Source: Deltaproteobacteria bacterium (GTDB lineage: Bacteria > Desulfobacterota_D > UBA1144 > Nemesobacterales > CSP1-2). Taken from it: a stretch of DNA of 64,000 nt. Positions 60,007 through 64,000 of the stretch are shown piece after piece. Location: the NCBI GenBank assembly GCA_052390235.1, contig JBQTHB010000007.1, positions 64,001 through 128,000 of the forward strand, in the 5' to 3' direction. The notes beneath the pieces were generated by a model. The model had not been told where the DNA came from and did not search any database. It worked only from the letters and a program-made list of their open reading frames with translations. Both the position numbers and the translations under genes were made by a program. Positions within the stretch are counted from its first letter, which is position 1. Each line of letters opens with the position of its first letter.

Positions 60007-61437
60007 TTAGAAATTCCTTGCCCGTCCCAGCGCCGCTAAAGCCGCCTCCATCACGCCCTCTGAGAGCGTCGGGTGCGCGTGAGAGGTTATGGCTATCTCA
60101 AGCGCGGTGGACTCCAGAGTTTTCGATACGGCTATCTCGCCGATAAGCTCGGTTGCGCCGTGTCCGATGATGTGCGCTCCGAGAATTTCGCCCGTTTTAA
60201 CGTCTGATAGGATTTTCACAAACCCGTCTGTGTCGCCCGTGCCTACGGCTTTCCCAATGGCGCGGAATGGGATTTTGCCGACGCTGTATTTAATGCCCCT
60301 GTCCTTCAGTTGCTCCTCGGTGTGTCCTACGGAGCCGATTTCAGGCTGGCAATAGACGCAGGCGGGGATGTTATCGTAGTGGACTTTGCTTGCCATGCCG
60401 TGCATCCTCTCAACGGCGACAACCCCTTCGTCTGAGGCTTTGTGAGCGAGTAGCGGAGGCCCTATTATATCTCCAATTGCATATACGCCTGAGCAGGTGG
60501 TCATGTAATCTTCGTCAGTTTTAATGAATCCCTGAGGCGTAAGCTCGATTCCGAGGGATTTAAGCCCCATGTCGTCGGATTTACCGTAGTAGCTAAGCGA
60601 GCTTGGGGCGGTGTTTGCCACTGCCCTCCTGCCGATAGCCACAAGTAGCTTTGACGCCTCGATTTTCATCTCCACTCCCGCCGCGTCCTCGAGCGTTACC
60701 TCGACCGAGTCCTTGCGTTTCGCTAGGGATTTATACCTTGTGCCGGTGAGGATGTTCATACCGGATTTCTTAAATAGCCTCTCAAGCTCTAGGGCGACCT
60801 CTCTGTCTGCTCCGGGGATGAGATTTTTTTCCATCTCAACTATAGTAACCTTGCTCCCGAACGAGTGATAGACGTAGGCGAATTCAGCCCCGATGTACCC
60901 TCCGCCGACGATGATGATTGATTTCGGAAAATCAGTTGACATTATCGCCTCGTCGCTCGTTAAGACGAGCTTGCCGTCAATCTCCATTCCCGGAAGCGCC
61001 CTCGGCACAGACCCCGTGGCAATGAGAATCCTCTCGCTCTCGACCTCGACCTCTCCCTTCTCGCCGGATACTCCGACCCGTCCCCTTGAGATGAGCTTTC
61101 CAATGCCTGAGAAGAGTGTGATTTTATTCTTCTTGAGTAGAAATTCGACTCCCTTGGTGAGAGTGGCGGAGGCTTTGCGGCTCTTCCCTATGACCTGGGA
61201 GTAGTCAAATGTGAGGTTGTCGGCTTTGATGCCGTAGTCGCCCGCGTGCTTGAATATCTCATATATCTCGGCGCATTTAAGTATCGCTTTCGATGGGATG
61301 CAACCCCAGTTGAGGCAGACGCCCCCGGGTTTGTCCCGCTCGACGATGGCGACCTTCATTCCAAGCTGCGCCGCTCTGATGGCAGCAATATAACCGCCAG
61401 GTCCTGAACCGATGACTGTGAGATTAAATTTTTCCAT
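60007..61437 (-). CDS. lpdA: Dihydrolipoyl dehydrogenase
   Basis: GSGPGGY, GGVCLNWGCIPSK, GGGYIG.E, LAHKA, HAHPTLSE. Confidence 0.95.
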   Translation of the reverse strand: MEKFNLTVIGSGPGGYIAAIRAAQLGMKVAIVERDKPGGVCLNWGCIPSKAILKCAEIYEIFKHAGDYGIKADNLTFDYSQVIGKSRKASATLTKGVEFLLKKNKITLFSGIGKLISRGRVGVSGEKGEVEVESERILIATGSVPRALPGMEIDGKLVLTSDEAIMSTDFPKSIIIVGGGYIGAEFAYVYHSFGSKVTIVEMEKNLIPGADREVALELERLFKKSGMNILTGTRYKSLAKRKDSVEVTLEDAAGVEMKIEASKLLVAIGRRAVANTAPSSLSYYGKSDDMGLKSLGIELTPQGFIKTDEDYMTTCSGVYAIGDIIGPPLLAHKASDEGVVAVERMHGMASKVHYDNIPACVYCQPEIGSVGHTEEQLKDRGIKYSVGKIPFRAIGKAVGTGDTDGFVKILSDVKTGEILGAHIIGHGATELIGEIAVSKTLESTALEIAITSHAHPTLSEGVMEAALAALGRARNF

Positions 61438-61560
61438 GAGACGGTATTATAACGGCACAATTTTATCGGTCAAATCATTGTTGACTTGCCGCGCCGCTCA
61501 AATTAGAATTGGGTAGCGTTGCCTCTGCAGGAATTTAACTAGGCGGGAGGGACTCACCAT

Positions 61561-64000
61561 TTGAGCGTATCCGATGAAAAAATCGCCGGAAGCGTCGGCG
61601 ATGCGACAGACGTCCTCGAAACCGAGGAGTGGCTCGAATCCCTCGACTACGTCTTTAAAAAAGGCGGCGCGCGTCGAGTGCAATCTCTTCTGGAGAGCCT
61701 CAAAACCCACGCCTCGCATCTGGGAGTGAATATCCCGTTCAGCGCTAACACGCCTTATCTCAACACAATACCGCCTGAAAAACAGCCCCCATTCCCCGGC
61801 AACCGAGGCATTGAACGGCGCATAAAGAGTCTTGTCAGATGGAACGCCATGGCGATAGTCGTTCGCGCCAACCGGCACGAGGAGGGGATTGGAGGGCATA
61901 TCTCAACCTACGCCTCGGCGGCAACCCTGTATGAAGTGGCATTCAACCACTTTTTCCTCGCAAAAAACGCAGAACGCCAGGGCGATGCCGTTTATTTTCA
62001 GGGACACGCATCACCCGGCGTCTATGCCCGCGCATACCTCGAAGGCAGGCTTACGAAAGAGCGATTAGAGAACTTCCGAAATGAACTCAGGGTGGAGGGC
62101 GGACTAAGCGCCTACCCCCATCCCTGGCTCATGCCAGGTTTCTGGGAGTTTCCCACTGTATCCATGGGGCTTAGCCCGATAATGGCAATCTATCAGGCGA
62201 GGTTCAATCGCTACCTTGAAGACAGGGGGCTGAAAAAACCGTCCGATGCTAGAGTTTGGGCGTTTCTTGGAGACGGCGAAACGGACGAGCCTGAAACCCT
62301 GGGGGCGATAACCCTCGCCTCGCGCGAGCGGCTCGATAATCTCATCTTTGTCGTAAATTGCAATTTACAGAGGCTCGATGGCCCGGTGAGGGGGAACGGT
62401 AAAATTATTCAAGAGCTTGAGGCGATATTTCGCGGCGCTGGATGGAACGTGATAAAAGTCATCTGGGGAAGCGATTGGGACGCGCTCATCGCAAAAGACC
62501 GCGACGGATTGCTCCTTCGGCGAATGGAAGAGACCGTTGACGGGCAGTATCAAAAATACGTCGTCGAGACCGGCGAATACATCCGCAAGCATTTCTTCGG
62601 CGCAGAGCCTGAACTCCTAGAAATGGTAAAGCACCTGTCCGATGACCAGCTTCGCAAATTAAACCGTGGCGGACACGACCCCGAAAAGGTCTATGCCGCT
62701 TATAGAGCCGCAGTTGACCACAGAGGCTCGCCGACGGTCATTCTCGCCAAAACCATCAAGGGCTACGGTCTTGGCGAAAGCGGCGAAGGCAGAAACATCA
62801 CTCATCAGCAAAAAAAACTCAACGAAGACGAACTCAAGGAGTTTAGAAGCCGATTCGGCATCCCAATTTCGGACGATGACGTAGCCGCCGCCCCGTTCTA
62901 TAAACCCTCGGATGATAGCCCGGAGATGAAATATCTACATGAGCGGCGCAAATCCCTGGGCGGATACCTCCCGGAGCGCGCCGTTAGCTGTAATAAACCC
63001 ATTACCGTCCCCGCAGAGGGCATTTTCGATGAATTCTACAGGGGCTCAGGCAATAGAGCGTTCTCCACCACAATGGCGGCCGTGCGGATGCTCGCAACAC
63101 TCCTGCGCGATAAGGACATAGGCAGGTTTATAGTCCCCATAGTGCCGGACGAGGCGCGCACGTTCGGGATGGAGGCGCTTTTCAGGCAGGTCGGCATCTA
63201 CTCCCACGTGGGACAACTCTACGAGCCGGTGGACGCGCAGACCCTGCTCTACTACCGCGAGGCTCTGGACGGGCAGATTCTCGAAGAGGGAATCACCGAG
63301 GCAGGCTCGATGTCTTCGTTCATTGCGGCGGGAACTGCTTATTCAACGCACGGGATAAATACGATTCCCGTTTTCATGTTCTATTCCATGTTTGGACTTC
63401 AGAGGATAGGGGATTTGGTCTGGGCGGCGGGCGATATGCGCGCTAAGGGGTTTCTCATAGGCGGCACCTCCGGCAGGACGACTCTCGCTGGCGAGGGGCT
63501 GCAGCATCAAGACGGAAACAGCCATCTTCTGGCATATCCTGTGCCGAATCTAAAGGCTTACGACCCGGCTTTCGCCTACGAGCTTGCCGTTATCATCCGC
63601 GAGGGGATAAGGCGTATGTACGAGGCGGAGGAGGGTATTTTCTACTACATTACGGTTATGAACGAGCCGTATCCCCAGCCTCCGATGCCCGAGGGCGCGC
63701 GCGAGGGAATACTGCGAGGGATGTATAAATTCAGGGGTTCGGGGATTTCGCCAAGGGGTAAACTCCAAGCCGAGCTGTTCGGGAGCGGCGCGATACTCAA
63801 CGAGGTACTAGCGGCGCAAAAAATCCTAGAGGAGCGCTACGGGGTGTCGGCGAATGTTTGGAGCGTTACGAGCTATAAAGAGCTCTATCGGGACGGGCTG
63901 GACGCGGAGAGGTGGAATATGCTTCACCCCTCAGAGCCGCCGAGGATTCCCTACATTACCCAGTGCGTCGGGGATGCCGAGGGGGTGTTTGTCGCCGCTA
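61561..64000 (+). CDS. aceE: Pyruvate dehydrogenase E1, homodimeric type (runs off window end; not in ORF track)
   Basis: Read by hand from TTG 61561 (SD GGAGG): ETEEWLESL, TPYLNTI, RWNAMA, GGHISTYAS, FQGHASPG, YPHPWLMP.FWEFPTVSMGL, GDGETDEPE, NCNLQRLDGPV. Confidence 0.95.
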   Translation, partial: MSVSDEKIAGSVGDATDVLETEEWLESLDYVFKKGGARRVQSLLESLKTHASHLGVNIPFSANTPYLNTIPPEKQPPFPGNRGIERRIKSLVRWNAMAIVVRANRHEEGIGGHISTYASAATLYEVAFNHFFLAKNAERQGDAVYFQGHASPGVYARAYLEGRLTKERLENFRNELRVEGGLSAYPHPWLMPGFWEFPTVSMGLSPIMAIYQARFNRYLEDRGLKKPSDARVWAFLGDGETDEPETLGAITLASRERLDNLIFVVNCNLQRLDGPVRGNGKIIQELEAIFRGAGWNVIKVIWGSDWDALIAKDRDGLLLRRMEETVDGQYQKYVVETGEYIRKHFFGAEPELLEMVKHLSDDQLRKLNRGGHDPEKVYAAYRAAVDHRGSPTVILAKTIKGYGLGESGEGRNITHQQKKLNEDELKEFRSRFGIPISDDDVAAAPFYKPSDDSPEMKYLHERRKSLGGYLPERAVSCNKPITVPAEGIFDEFYRGSGNRAFSTTMAAVRMLATLLRDKDIGRFIVPIVPDEARTFGMEALFRQVGIYSHVGQLYEPVDAQTLLYYREALDGQILEEGITEAGSMSSFIAAGTAYSTHGINTIPVFMFYSMFGLQRIGDLVWAAGDMRAKGFLIGGTSGRTTLAGEGLQHQDGNSHLLAYPVPNLKAYDPAFAYELAVIIREGIRRMYEAEEGIFYYITVMNEPYPQPPMPEGAREGILRGMYKFRGSGISPRGKLQAELFGSGAILNEVLAAQKILEERYGVSANVWSVTSYKELYRDGLDAERWNMLHPSEPPRIPYITQCVGDAEGVFVAA

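Noticed and set aside
61498..63768. Short ORF-track calls in the last 2.5 kb
   Set aside because: They are shadows of aceE, which the track missed because its stop lies outside the window.

Overview
A mostly housekeeping chromosomal segment (GC about 50% by eye) from a diderm bacterium. Gene content looks deltaproteobacterial/Desulfobacterota-like, possibly Ca. Dadabacteria (inference only). Core content: a variant cytochrome c maturation cluster (ccmC-D-E-F with a CxxxY CcmE, plus two accessory genes), rsmE, a cobA/hemD fusion, split complex I genes (solo nuoN; nuoABCD), photolyase, menG, metF, aroC, ftsK-lolA, a PerR/Fur regulator, eda, glgA, mqnC, HPr, a type III PKS with methyltransferase, pepA, ilvE, a phaR-like gene, lipB, lpdA and a partial aceE. 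No tRNA, rRNA, CRISPR array, transposase or integrase was recognised. Best leads: (1) a Fur-boxed locus at 16.37-20.3 kb with a candidate iron-sparing sRNA (perfect promoter, Fur box, terminator stem with an anti-SD loop) followed by an ApbE / porin / flavinylated FMN-binding protein / His-bearing membrane protein module; (2) an integrase-less array of integron-type cassettes downstream of ftsK-lolA, joined by very short collapsed-attC or Xer-like TAA-n6/8-TTA sites; (3) apparently widespread leaderless genes; (4) an AT-rich island at 5.6-6.0 kb and a nested palindromic repeat cluster at 11.9-12.35 kb. All calls come from motif recognition by eye; no searches were run.
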